Part shown: positions 1-8,248 of the stretch, in pieces
How the letters are laid out: the number at the start of each line of letters is the position of its first letter
How positions within the stretch are numbered: the first letter of the stretch is position 1
From: an uncultured bacterium
GTDB taxonomy: Bacteria; Fidelibacterota; Marinisomatia; Marinisomatales; UBA1611
Assembly: GCA_964498175.1 (NCBI GenBank)
Contig: CAZCHA010000003.1
Span: 1 to 40,793 of the forward strand
Direction of reading: 5' to 3'
DNA: 40,793 nucleotides
The notes under the pieces: model-generated
Seen by the model: only the letters and a program-made list of their open reading frames with translations
Database searches by the model: none
What the model was told of the DNA's origin: nothing
Program-made: the position numbers and the translations under genes

Positions 1-317
1 ACAGTAATCAATTGGGTAAATAAAAATCCGATTGGACAAACATCAGATATTTTTTTTCCTGAATCATCAATATGCCCCACACATTCCGTGTGAGTTCCTG
101 TGCAGTGAATATCCACATTTGCCACGGAGACATTACAACCACCTCCACGATCTACAGACCCAATAAATCCATCTCTTTCAACTGGAATAGCCATCGGTTG
201 TATTGCGTTATAAAATATCGGATTTTTTCCATCAAATCTATTTGGAATAGACAAATCTATACCTGAATTCAAATCAATAGTATAATCCTGGGCAGAATGA
301 TTTAGAGCTATTTTCAA
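1..317 (-). CDS. Putative cyclase / kynurenine-formamidase-like protein, N-terminal part (3' end runs off the window)
   Basis: Absent from the ORF track because the window edge truncates it. My minus-strand translation is open from 317 to 1: (TTG)KIALNHSAQDYTIDLNSGIDLSIPNRFDGKNPIFYNAIQPMAIPVERDGFIGSVDRGGGCNVSVANVDIHCTGTHTECVGHIDDSGKKISDVCPIGFLF... The HCTGTHTECVGH stretch resembles the HxGTHxDxPxH metal site of the putative-cyclase family. The TTG start at 317..315, 1 nt after the upstream stop, is inferred. Confidence 0.45.
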   Translation of the reverse strand, partial: MKIALNHSAQDYTIDLNSGIDLSIPNRFDGKNPIFYNAIQPMAIPVERDGFIGSVDRGGGCNVSVANVDIHCTGTHTECVGHIDDSGKKISDVCPIGFLFTQLIT

Positions 318-318
318 A

Positions 319-549
319 TTAGTTTAAATTTTCCCGAATCAATTTTTCAACTTCACCCTCTTCTGGAAATCGTTCTAGCGCTTTCTTTGAAAAAATTAGG
401 TTATTTTCTAATGTTATTTCAAAAACGCCTCCACCACTGGAAATCAATTCAATATTTACATGATTAAATTTTGATTTTAATTCTACTTCCAAACTGGAAG
501 CCCGTGGTAAATAGTTTCACATGTTGCAATATTCGATAGATATATTCAT
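319..549 (-). CDS. Rdx-family (SelW/SelT/SelH-like) selenoprotein with CxxU motif; in-frame UGA at 519..517
   Basis: My minus-strand translation from ATG 549..547 is MNISIEYCNM-U-NYLPRASSLEVELKSKFNHVNIELISSGGGVFEITLENNLIFSKKALERFPEEGEVEKLIRENLN, with stop TAA at 321..319. The TGA falls exactly where the family has its CxxC/CxxU redox motif (C-N-M-U). The GGGVFEI...IFSKK...RFPE core is typical of Rdx proteins. The ATG overlaps the upstream gene's TGA stop (ATGA). The ORF track misses it because of the TGA. Confidence 0.8.
485..501 (-). promoter_or_regulatory. Candidate bacterial SECIS hairpin serving the SelW-like UGA
   Basis: In mRNA sense: UGA-AACUAUUUACCACGG-GCUUCCA-GUU-UGGAAGU. The stem is 6-7 bp with one G.U pair, starts 15 nt after the UGA, and has G/U in the apical loop. 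Folded by hand only. Confidence 0.5.
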
Positions 550-1052
550 GATTTTACTCCTATTTTAGCTTTTTCAAATATTTTTACAATATCCATTGCA
601 TGCGTATTCAAATTTACCTCATCAATGATGTGAATCAGTATCCCCTTTTCATCAATAAGAAATGTTTTCCTTGAAGCAAATAGGAATCGACTTACACCAT
701 ATATTTTTCCAACTTTTTTTTCATAATCTGATAAAAAATTAAAAGGGATTCTATATTCCTCTTTAAATGCTTTTAGAGAATTTTTTGAATCAAAACTGAT
801 CCCTAGGACCACAATACCTAATTCTTTATAATTATCAGATTCATCCCGGAATCCACATGCTTGTTTTGTTCAGCCCGGTGTAAATACCTTTGGGAAAAAG
901 TAAACTACTAATTTTTTACCTTTATAATAATCGAGAGAATGCAATTTTCCATCCTGGTCTTCCAATGAAAAATCTGGTGCCAACTGTCCAATCTCTGGCA
1001 TTTTCCCGAATAAGGGCATAATCAATATTCCTAATAAGATTAATTTTTTCAA
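546..1052 (-). CDS. Selenocysteine-containing peroxiredoxin (Bcp / AhpC-TSA family); one gene that the ORF track splits at an in-frame UGA (872..870)
   Basis: ORFs 870..1052 and 546..812 are in the same frame. Reading through the TGA gives ...KKLVVYFFPKVFTPG-U-TKQACGFRDESDNYKELGIVVLGISFDSKNSLKAFKEEYRIPFNFLSD... This is the canonical peroxiredoxin FTPGC(T) site with U in place of the peroxidatic Cys and a Cys five residues later (Bcp-type UxxxxC). The M of ORF 546..812 is an internal GTG (Val). The start is uncertain. TTG 1052 gives a signal-peptide-like KKLILLGILIMPLFG and a TTGA overlap with the upstream stop. ATG 1019 and ATG 1001 are alternatives. Confidence 0.85.
837..854 (-). promoter_or_regulatory. 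Candidate bacterial SECIS hairpin serving the peroxiredoxin UGA
   Basis: In mRNA sense: UGA-ACAAAACAAGCAUGU-GGAUUC-CGGGAU-GAAUCU. The stem is 6 bp with one G.U pair, has a G-rich apical loop, and again starts 15 nt after the UGA. Folded by hand only. Confidence 0.45.
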
Positions 1053-1690
1053 AGGACAAGGTCAATCACAGCCACATAATGGCTCGCACAACCACCTAAG
1101 ACGAAAACATGCCAAATAGCATGATTATAAGGCAATTTTTCCCATAAATAGAAAATTATACCAGCCATGTAAAACATTCCACCAATGAAAATAAACAGAA
1201 GAGAAAATTCAGGAATTTTTATAAACATTTGTTTTATAGCAACCACACAAAGCCAGCCCATTGCAACATACAGGATCACAAAAGGTTTTACAATCCGATT
1301 CTGATAATATAATTTTAAAATAATCCCAATGATGGCTAAAATCCAGATAACAGATAAAATTGACCATCCCCAAATACCTCTCATACTTACAAGACAAAAA
1401 GGGACATAAGATCCTGCAATCAATAGAAAAATTGCAGATTGATCAATTGTTTGAAATATTGTTTTCCATTTCGGCGTTCGGATTGTATGATAAATAGTGG
1501 ACGATAAAAATACAATAAGCATTGTAATGCCAAAGATACTAAAGCTGACCTGTTCCCAGATTCCACCTTTTAGATTAGCAAAATAAACCAAAAAACTCAA
1601 ACCCACTGCGCTGGCAATAGCGCCAATACCATGTGTCAATATATTGGCAATTTCTTCTTTATCCCAATGAAGTTGTTGATTTGGTTTCAT
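1049..1690 (-). CDS. Hemolysin III / PAQR-family integral membrane protein
   Basis: 213 aa and multi-pass hydrophobic. Family-typical blocks are EEIANILTHGIGA, SSTIYH, DQSAIFLLIAGSYVPF and HAIWHVFVLGG. Confidence 0.8.
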   Translation of the reverse strand: MKPNQQLHWDKEEIANILTHGIGAIASAVGLSFLVYFANLKGGIWEQVSFSIFGITMLIVFLSSTIYHTIRTPKWKTIFQTIDQSAIFLLIAGSYVPFCLVSMRGIWGWSILSVIWILAIIGIILKLYYQNRIVKPFVILYVAMGWLCVVAIKQMFIKIPEFSLLFIFIGGMFYMAGIIFYLWEKLPYNHAIWHVFVLGGCASHYVAVIDLVL

Positions 1691-1861
1691 AATGAAGGAA
1701 AAAACCTAGTCAGAGCAACACCTAAATGATAATATTTTTTAAAATTATTTCAAGTGTTACAAATATATCAGCTCAATTTTTACAAAGTCTATCTATTTCT
1801 TATTTAATGTGAATTAGACATATTAAATTGATGAATTGGAAAAATATAAATAAGGAAACTC

Positions 1862-2272
1862 ATGCAACGTTTAATTCTCTTTTTCATTTTTCTTTTATTG
1901 ATTGGATGCGGTAAAAAACCCCCTGTAAATATCTACGATTCGGATGAATATAAGAATCTAACTAAAAAAGAAATTATTGTGGGTGAATCCGTTTGGGTTA
2001 CCACTTGTTTTCGTTGCCATATGTATGGAAATATGGGCGCTGCATCTGTCCGTGATAAAGCACATTTTGAGCAATTGGCGGCCAAGGGGTTTGATCAATT
2101 ATATGAAAGTGTACTCAAGGGCATGGATGCTGAAGAAGGTGTTATGCCAGCAAAGGGTACCTGTTTTTCCTGCTCAGAAGATGAGATAAAAAAATCAGTT
2201 TATTATATTTTCCATTTGGCCAAAATAATTCAGGATGCCGAACTGGCTGAAAAAGAAATTAAAATTGAATAA
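1862..2272 (+). CDS. Class I c-type cytochrome (cytochrome c5-like) lipoprotein
   Basis: Signal peptide with lipobox (LLLIGCG). Single heme motif CFRCH. Distal ligand context GVMPAKG, followed by CFSC (the extra Cys pair typical of c5). AAGGA lies 6-10 nt upstream of the ATG. Confidence 0.7.
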   Translation: MQRLILFFIFLLLIGCGKKPPVNIYDSDEYKNLTKKEIIVGESVWVTTCFRCHMYGNMGAASVRDKAHFEQLAAKGFDQLYESVLKGMDAEEGVMPAKGTCFSCSEDEIKKSVYYIFHLAKIIQDAELAEKEIKIE

Positions 2273-2274
2273 TT

Positions 2275-4611
2275 TTAATTTTTAGAAAGTGAGATTCCTT
2301 CCATGGACTCTTCCAGTTCTCTTGCAACTGTCAGGAAGGTTTCCACATCCATTTCCTTTAAATAAACTGCACCATGAACGGCACGAAGGTGAGGATTCTC
2401 ATTCTGATACCAATAATCTCTACCTAACATTAATTGCAGATCTTGGTGCTGCTCGACCCAGATTTTTTGAGAGAGATCACAAAAAGGGCCTTCCAATTCA
2501 TAACTGGGAAAAGATGCATCTCTTTGGCTCAAATAACAATTCATAAAAGTAGATCGCAGGATCGCCATCGAATTCAATGTTACTGGGACAATCACGTCCG
2601 CTTCAGCAAGATCAAACCGGTACCAGACATTTCGATATCCCCAAATCCGTAAATGAGATAAATCTGATTCATCATTCCAGATTCGAATCGCATCAGCAAT
2701 AGCTTGTAACACTTTATAATGTGTGTCGGGCCCACTCCCTTCCGGATCAAGTGCTAAAGAAATAACCGTAGGCTTTATTTCCTTTAGTTGTTTCAGAATA
2801 GGCAACACATCTCGATTCCGTTCGGGAGATTTTGTAAAAATATCACCCGTATAAAATCCTAATCGAAGATGATATATATCCTGAACACGTACACCATAAT
2901 TGGACCAAACCAGTTCTTCCTCATATTCCCGAATTATCCCTTTCAATTTTTGGATTTCACCAGAGTTTTTTTCTCCATCATAATAATGCATTAATTCAGA
3001 AATTATAGAATTGATACGGTCTTCTAAAGCATTTTTATTCTTGATAGGATAAATCTTAATCAATCCACGAATAACTCGATGCGCCACAGCTCGATTTTGT
3101 TCACTTTTGTCAACCTTCGCCAAATTATCTAAATAATGGAAAACGTCTTTATCCCATTTTAATTTATAACCTTCGGAGAAAAAATCAGGGTAATCTGTCA
3201 TTTGTATTTTTCCCTGCAACAAGAATTCTAAAGTAAATGATAATATATTAGATATAAATCCATTTGTTACAGATGTAAACCCAGAAGTCATATTGACAAA
3301 ATGATGGGAATTACTGGGCTCTCTAATCAAATGAATAATGTGCGGCATCATCCCTAACATTATATCATCATGATGGGGTCCTGTATGGTAATATACCTGG
3401 TTCGATTCATTTTTTATTCCTCGCTGAACTTTTGCATGTATTTTATCTATAATCTCCGTTACAGTACCTTCACCCAGCCTAGGAATAGTTTTACAAATGG
3501 AATCATTTTTAAGATCATCATGAGATAATTTTTTCCCGAAGATATTTTTTCTTTTCGCCAGTCGTAAAAGTGCTCTTTGTTTCTTTACACCATCCCAATT
3601 TGAGTTTTCCCAATAATGTTTTTCAGTATCCTGGAGCAATTTTGCTGCACCATTAGTCAAGTAAAATCGGCTATATTCACATCGCTGTAAAACTGTAGCT
3701 GGGAATTTTACATCAGGCAAATTTTCCAGTGAAGTTTTCACAATGGATGCTTTCGCTTCCCCCGCAGCCGTAATGATCGCAACTGTATCATCTTTGAAAG
3801 TAATAGATGCTAATCCAATAGTAATCACAAGACGGTTCTTGCTGACTTCCATTCCGCCTAAGTCTGTTGCTGCTGCGGCTTGTGTTTCAAAGTTTGTTTC
3901 CATAAGCCTTGTGGTAGAATTATGATCTGATCCGCGAACATTAAACGCAATATGACCATCGGGACCTAAACCACCCAGAAAAAAACCTATTCCACCCATA
4001 TTTTGTATTTTTTCCTCGTATTCGGTACACCACTGATCAATCAAATAAATAGAACTTTGCTGGACTTTTTCCAATTCAGATTTTGGATCCCTGTGGCGTA
4101 GAGTCAGATCAATTATGTTATTTGGAAAAATATCTTTCCATTGTTTTGCATCGATTAATGGTATTTCTGCACAATTGATCAACAATGCATTCTCCCTTGA
4201 TATTCCAAAACCAGATAAGTAAAAATTATTCACATAATTAAAGAAACTGTTATGTTGTGAAGGATCTATTGGATAAAACTCATCAATTTGCACAAATTTT
4301 AGCTGGGAAAGATCTGGCTTTTGGTCTACACCCAACCCATTTTCTTTTCTTAGATAAATAAGATCTTTATCATCCCAATTATTGAGAAAATGATGAGTCC
4401 ATTTGATAAAATATTCGGGAGTTTTACCTGTTGGTAGACTAATGACACCTTCCGGATTCTTAGACACCCATTCTAGAAATCGTAATGATGTTAAAAGCCC
4501 AAGATCAGGAAAATTATCAACCAAGATATAGGGAATTTTTGTTGTCTGGTTTTGAATGTCTTGTCGTTGAAAAAATCGTTTTTCAACCTCAGACCAGTTC
4601 GGATAACTCAT
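2275..4611 (-). CDS. Fusion protein: N-terminal glucosamine-6-phosphate deaminase/isomerase (NagB-like) plus C-terminal LmbE/PIG-L-like putative deacetylase
   Basis: NagB-like blocks are ISLPTGKTP, VQIDEFYPI and GGLGPDGHIAFNVRGS in the first ~300 aa. An LmbE/PIG-L-like HPDD-type block (YYHTGPHHDDIMLG) sits near aa 410. There is no signal peptide. Long NagB-like proteins of this kind are annotated in Bacteroides but, as far as I recall, uncharacterised. Confidence 0.7.
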   Translation of the reverse strand: MSYPNWSEVEKRFFQRQDIQNQTTKIPYILVDNFPDLGLLTSLRFLEWVSKNPEGVISLPTGKTPEYFIKWTHHFLNNWDDKDLIYLRKENGLGVDQKPDLSQLKFVQIDEFYPIDPSQHNSFFNYVNNFYLSGFGISRENALLINCAEIPLIDAKQWKDIFPNNIIDLTLRHRDPKSELEKVQQSSIYLIDQWCTEYEEKIQNMGGIGFFLGGLGPDGHIAFNVRGSDHNSTTRLMETNFETQAAAATDLGGMEVSKNRLVITIGLASITFKDDTVAIITAAGEAKASIVKTSLENLPDVKFPATVLQRCEYSRFYLTNGAAKLLQDTEKHYWENSNWDGVKKQRALLRLAKRKNIFGKKLSHDDLKNDSICKTIPRLGEGTVTEIIDKIHAKVQRGIKNESNQVYYHTGPHHDDIMLGMMPHIIHLIREPSNSHHFVNMTSGFTSVTNGFISNILSFTLEFLLQGKIQMTDYPDFFSEGYKLKWDKDVFHYLDNLAKVDKSEQNRAVAHRVIRGLIKIYPIKNKNALEDRINSIISELMHYYDGEKNSGEIQKLKGIIREYEEELVWSNYGVRVQDIYHLRLGFYTGDIFTKSPERNRDVLPILKQLKEIKPTVISLALDPEGSGPDTHYKVLQAIADAIRIWNDESDLSHLRIWGYRNVWYRFDLAEADVIVPVTLNSMAILRSTFMNCYLSQRDASFPSYELEGPFCDLSQKIWVEQHQDLQLMLGRDYWYQNENPHLRAVHGAVYLKEMDVETFLTVARELEESMEGISLSKN

Positions 4612-4612
4612 A

Positions 4613-5953
4613 TTATTTTAAATAAACTATTTTTTTAACTGTTTTTGATCTTTCACCCAAAAGTTCTGCGATATAAAGGCTGGATCCAGTATTATTATTT
4701 GCATTTTTTACATTCCAATAATAAACATGGTTCCCTCTATCTAGTTTTTCATGGCTTAAGGTAACCACATTTTCGCCAGTAACTGAATAAATATTCAACT
4801 GAATAATCTCTGCATGGTCCAAATCAAATTCAAATCTACAGGATGGATTAAATGGATTGGGATATGCTTTTAGTGATAGTTTATTTGGAACTATGGCTGG
4901 CTCATTATGGTCAACATCTAAAAAATTTTCATCAATGGATTGAATTAATGCTTGTCCATTGGTTGTTTCATCGTATCCCAACGCCCAAATCATGACACCG
5001 CCTAGCTCTAGTTCGATCGCATATTCACACTTATAGCCTATGGATTCCTGATTATCATAAGTTATAATTCTCGAGTAATCATCTTTCCTTAAATAAGGAC
5101 AAAGTGCAATATTATCCCAGTTATATTCCCAACCATTATCGATTAGATTAGGAATTTCATTGTATCGCTTATCAGCAACATCGCCTGTAAAAGATTCGTT
5201 AATATCAGATGCATAATAACGTTTTCCCCAAAAAGGTAAACCCAAATTTATTTGTCCTTCTGGAATGCCTCTTGTATTAATCAAATAATTCATAGCAGTT
5301 TCACAGGAGCCATCAGGGTCTCCCGGCGGCGATTGATACAAAGGAGAATTATGTCCCGCATCATTGGTCCAACTGCCATGCATATCGTAGGTCATTGCAT
5401 TAAAAAAGTCCACATAAAATTGTAAAAAAGAAAAATCATACCATTGACCAGCCCAATTTGAAATAGGTACTGCCATAGTGATAAGTAATTCTGGATCATG
5501 AGCATTAAAGACCGAATCCATTTCAGCTATAAGAAAGTTAAGGTTTTGACGGTCCTCATTTGACCATGGATGTTCCCAATCCATATCTATACCATCGTAA
5601 CCATAGGTATCACAAATATCAATCAAATTATCAATAAACGTCAATCTCAATTGGGCATCGGCAGCAACTGTTGCAAATCCAACATCGTTTCCCCAACCTC
5701 CTAAGGATAATAAAAATTTCCCACCGCCCGAATGAATAGTTTCGCTATGACTTGTGTTCAACATATTAGAATAAGATAAAACATTTCCATTTACATCGGG
5801 CCAGGCAAATGCATGATTTACATGCGTCACGACTGATAAATCAATGTTAGAAACGGGAAATCCATTTTGTACCCACTGAGGATAATAACCAACAACTCTT
5901 TGGCCAAATAAAGAGCTCAAAATAAAGCAGAGGATTAAAGTTATTTTATTCAT
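4613..5953 (-). CDS. Secreted GH18 glycoside hydrolase (chitinase / endo-beta-N-acetylglucosaminidase type) with T9SS C-terminal sorting domain
   Basis: Signal peptide. Blocks VVGYYPQWV and LLSLGGWG. Catalytic YGYDGIDMDWEHP (the GH18 DxxDxDxE motif). Blocks MTYDMHGSW and GGVMIWALGYD. C-terminal AYPNPFNPSCRFEFDL...SLYIAEL...KKIVYLK. Confidence 0.85.
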   Translation of the reverse strand: MNKITLILCFILSSLFGQRVVGYYPQWVQNGFPVSNIDLSVVTHVNHAFAWPDVNGNVLSYSNMLNTSHSETIHSGGGKFLLSLGGWGNDVGFATVAADAQLRLTFIDNLIDICDTYGYDGIDMDWEHPWSNEDRQNLNFLIAEMDSVFNAHDPELLITMAVPISNWAGQWYDFSFLQFYVDFFNAMTYDMHGSWTNDAGHNSPLYQSPPGDPDGSCETAMNYLINTRGIPEGQINLGLPFWGKRYYASDINESFTGDVADKRYNEIPNLIDNGWEYNWDNIALCPYLRKDDYSRIITYDNQESIGYKCEYAIELELGGVMIWALGYDETTNGQALIQSIDENFLDVDHNEPAIVPNKLSLKAYPNPFNPSCRFEFDLDHAEIIQLNIYSVTGENVVTLSHEKLDRGNHVYYWNVKNANNNTGSSLYIAELLGERSKTVKKIVYLK

Positions 5954-6004
5954 GAATCAAATAAAAGCTCCTATACCTTTATGTTTGTTAAAAAATTAAA
6001 GGAG

Positions 6005-6841
6005 TTAATTAGAGTTAATTTTATAAAACATAACACCATCAAATCTTGGTTTTCCATCATTAAATAAATACGACAAAAAATCTACATTTACAGTTTTTTT
6101 ATGTTCTGATGATGCATGAATCAAATTTGTTTGATCAATCAAATACCCCTCATGGGCAATAACAATGCCCATTTTAAAATATCGTTTTTTTACAAAAGCT
6201 ACACCACTAACAGCGGGCAAATTTAGCAACATGTTATCCGTAATATTGACAGTTGGAATGAATTGAATTGTTTCATTCGATGACCAATTTAGATTTAAAA
6301 ATTCCGATCCATCCTGTTTTTTATTGAGTTCAATTTCAACTTTTTCCAAATCATTTTCATGTGCAATAGATGGTGTAATATCTACCGTTCGATCATGGTG
6401 CAAAAGCCTATCCGATGTATAATGCCATCGCGAAATGTAAGTAGGTTTTTTTTCTCCATTTTCATCCATTTTATAATGAATATCTACCATAACATCTCGA
6501 GCATTTTGCCAAGAGAAACTTTCTGCAAATGCGAGAGTGCTTAAAACATGAACTGTACAATCGGATGAATCAGCACGGAGTAATGGATCAGGATCTATCC
6601 CCGATTCTTCTCCCAAACAAAATAACCCGTAAGGTGTGCCGACGCGCCAAAGATTTAATGCTTTCACACGATCATGGAAATTGGGGAACCGTTCATGAAA
6701 TTGGGGTAAATAAAACTCAAATTCTGTTTCTGTAAGCAACCATGGGTCGGGAATAATATCTACCCATTTGAAGGGATCCGCCTGTATTGCACAACTTGTG
6801 ATTAAAAAACTAATCACAAAAATGTATTTTTTACCTACCAT
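6005..6841 (-). CDS. Lipoprotein, DUF1460-like (NlpC/P60-fold MurNAc-L-Ala amidase family acting on anhydro-muropeptides)
   Basis: Signal peptide with lipobox (FLITSCA). A candidate catalytic Cys lies in ADSSDCTVHVLSTLAFAES. A His-containing block GIVIAHEGYLIDQTNLIHASS lies near the C-terminus. This pattern matches what I remember of DUF1460, but the assignment is by eye only. Confidence 0.45.
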   Translation of the reverse strand: MVGKKYIFVISFLITSCAIQADPFKWVDIIPDPWLLTETEFEFYLPQFHERFPNFHDRVKALNLWRVGTPYGLFCLGEESGIDPDPLLRADSSDCTVHVLSTLAFAESFSWQNARDVMVDIHYKMDENGEKKPTYISRWHYTSDRLLHHDRTVDITPSIAHENDLEKVEIELNKKQDGSEFLNLNWSSNETIQFIPTVNITDNMLLNLPAVSGVAFVKKRYFKMGIVIAHEGYLIDQTNLIHASSEHKKTVNVDFLSYLFNDGKPRFDGVMFYKINSN

Positions 6842-6991
6842 TTCAATTTGGAATATTCTTCCTTTTCATGGTCATAAAATTAAAGGATAATTTTGTTATT
6901 ATTCATTTAGATTATGATGAATTCAACATAATTTATACACTATTCTTGTGCGGTATCCAATAATAATCCATCAATTCTATACTCGTATGTT

Positions 6992-8248
6992 ATGGCGAAA
7001 CATCCACTTATAGATTTATTAAGAAAAAAACAGTTATTTGATTTTCTTGCAGATCAATACGGTACACCACTTTATATCTATTCTAAAGAACGTTTAATTC
7101 ACAATATTGATTTACTAGACAAGACATTAAATGATAATTTTGATTCATATCATATTTGCTACACCATTAAAGCAAATAGCAATCCACATTTAATTAAAAT
7201 CCTCAAAAATGCTGTTCCGTCAATTGGTGCAGACTGTGCTAGCCCTGGTGAAATATATGTGGCAAAAAAAAGTGGAATAAAAAGCAATCATTGTATTTAT
7301 ACAGGGAATTATGAATCACCTGATGACCTAAAATTTGCACTTGAAAATAGAGTCCATATCAATTTAGATGATATTACATCATTTAATCGCATGAAGAAAA
7401 TTGGTCTCCCAGATGATATAGCGTTTCGACTAAATCCTGGTTTTGGAAAAGGAGCTTTTTCTCAAATCGTGACTGGAGGTAAAAATTCTAAATTTGGTGT
7501 TCCACACTATGATATTGTGGAAGCATACCGGCTCGCTAAGGAATCTGGCATTACAAAATTTGGGATTCAATGTATGACTGGGTCAGGAGTATTGGATCTT
7601 GATTATTACCCAAAACTCATCAATGAAATTTTAAAAGCTGTTGGATTGCTTAAAAAAGAATTAGATATCCATATGGATTATATTAGCCTGGGAGGTGGAT
7701 ATGGGATTCCTTACCATGATGATGAAACACCTTTAGATTTCAATAAAGTTTTTCGAAATGTGGCAAATAATTTCCATGCTTACTTCGATGAACGAAATGA
7801 AAAAAAACCATCTCTTTGGATTGAACCCGGTAAATCAGTGGTTGGGGATACGGGAATTTTGCTCACCCAAGTCACTGGGATAAAAGAAAGTTATAAATCA
7901 TATATTGGTGTGGATGCAGGCATGGAAACACTCATGCGACCTGCACTTTATGGGGCTTACCACCGGATATATAAAGTGGGAGACCCGTATGCACCTAAAA
8001 ACCATATAGTGGATGTCACAGGGCGTATTTGTGAAAATACGGATCGCATTGCAGTAGATCGCGAATTTCCTGATGTGGAAGAAGGTGATTTAATTGCAGT
8101 CATGGATACAGGTGCGTATTCCTATACAATGTCCCATCAATTTTGTACACGACCTCGTGCTGCCGAAATTCTTCTGAATGGAAAAAAATCAACCTTGATA
8201 CGAAAACGGGAAACAATTGAAGATATTTTTTCAGGTTGTGATATTTAG
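6992..8248 (+). CDS. lysA: Diaminopimelate decarboxylase-like PLP-dependent (fold type III) decarboxylase
   Basis: YGTPLYIY, the PLP-Lys block YTIKANSNP, TGGKNSKFG, SLGGGYGIPY, EPGKSVVG, GRICENTD and DTGAYSYTMS match the Orn/DAP/Arg decarboxylase family. The overall pattern is closest to LysA. No signal peptide. Confidence 0.7.
   Translation: MAKHPLIDLLRKKQLFDFLADQYGTPLYIYSKERLIHNIDLLDKTLNDNFDSYHICYTIKANSNPHLIKILKNAVPSIGADCASPGEIYVAKKSGIKSNHCIYTGNYESPDDLKFALENRVHINLDDITSFNRMKKIGLPDDIAFRLNPGFGKGAFSQIVTGGKNSKFGVPHYDIVEAYRLAKESGITKFGIQCMTGSGVLDLDYYPKLINEILKAVGLLKKELDIHMDYISLGGGYGIPYHDDETPLDFNKVFRNVANNFHAYFDERNEKKPSLWIEPGKSVVGDTGILLTQVTGIKESYKSYIGVDAGMETLMRPALYGAYHRIYKVGDPYAPKNHIVDVTGRICENTDRIAVDREFPDVEEGDLIAVMDTGAYSYTMSHQFCTRPRAAEILLNGKKSTLIRKRETIEDIFSGCDI

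Noticed and set aside
72-266. 64-aa plus-strand ORF at the left edge
   Set aside because: It is antisense to a longer minus-strand reading frame (1..317) that carries a recognisable cyclase-family metal-site motif. It has no motif of its own.
546-812. ORFs 546..812 and 870..1052 treated as two separate small genes
   Set aside because: They share a frame and are separated only by a TGA that falls exactly on the peroxidatic-Cys position of a peroxiredoxin. The apparent Met of the downstream ORF is an internal GTG. I merged them into one selenoprotein gene.
6842-6991. Lysine riboswitch or operator upstream of lysA, including the inverted repeat ATTCAT-N10-ATGAAT at 6901..6922
   Set aside because: I saw no conserved, G/C-containing helices of a lysine riboswitch. 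A 6-bp inverted repeat in an AT-rich spacer is expected by chance.
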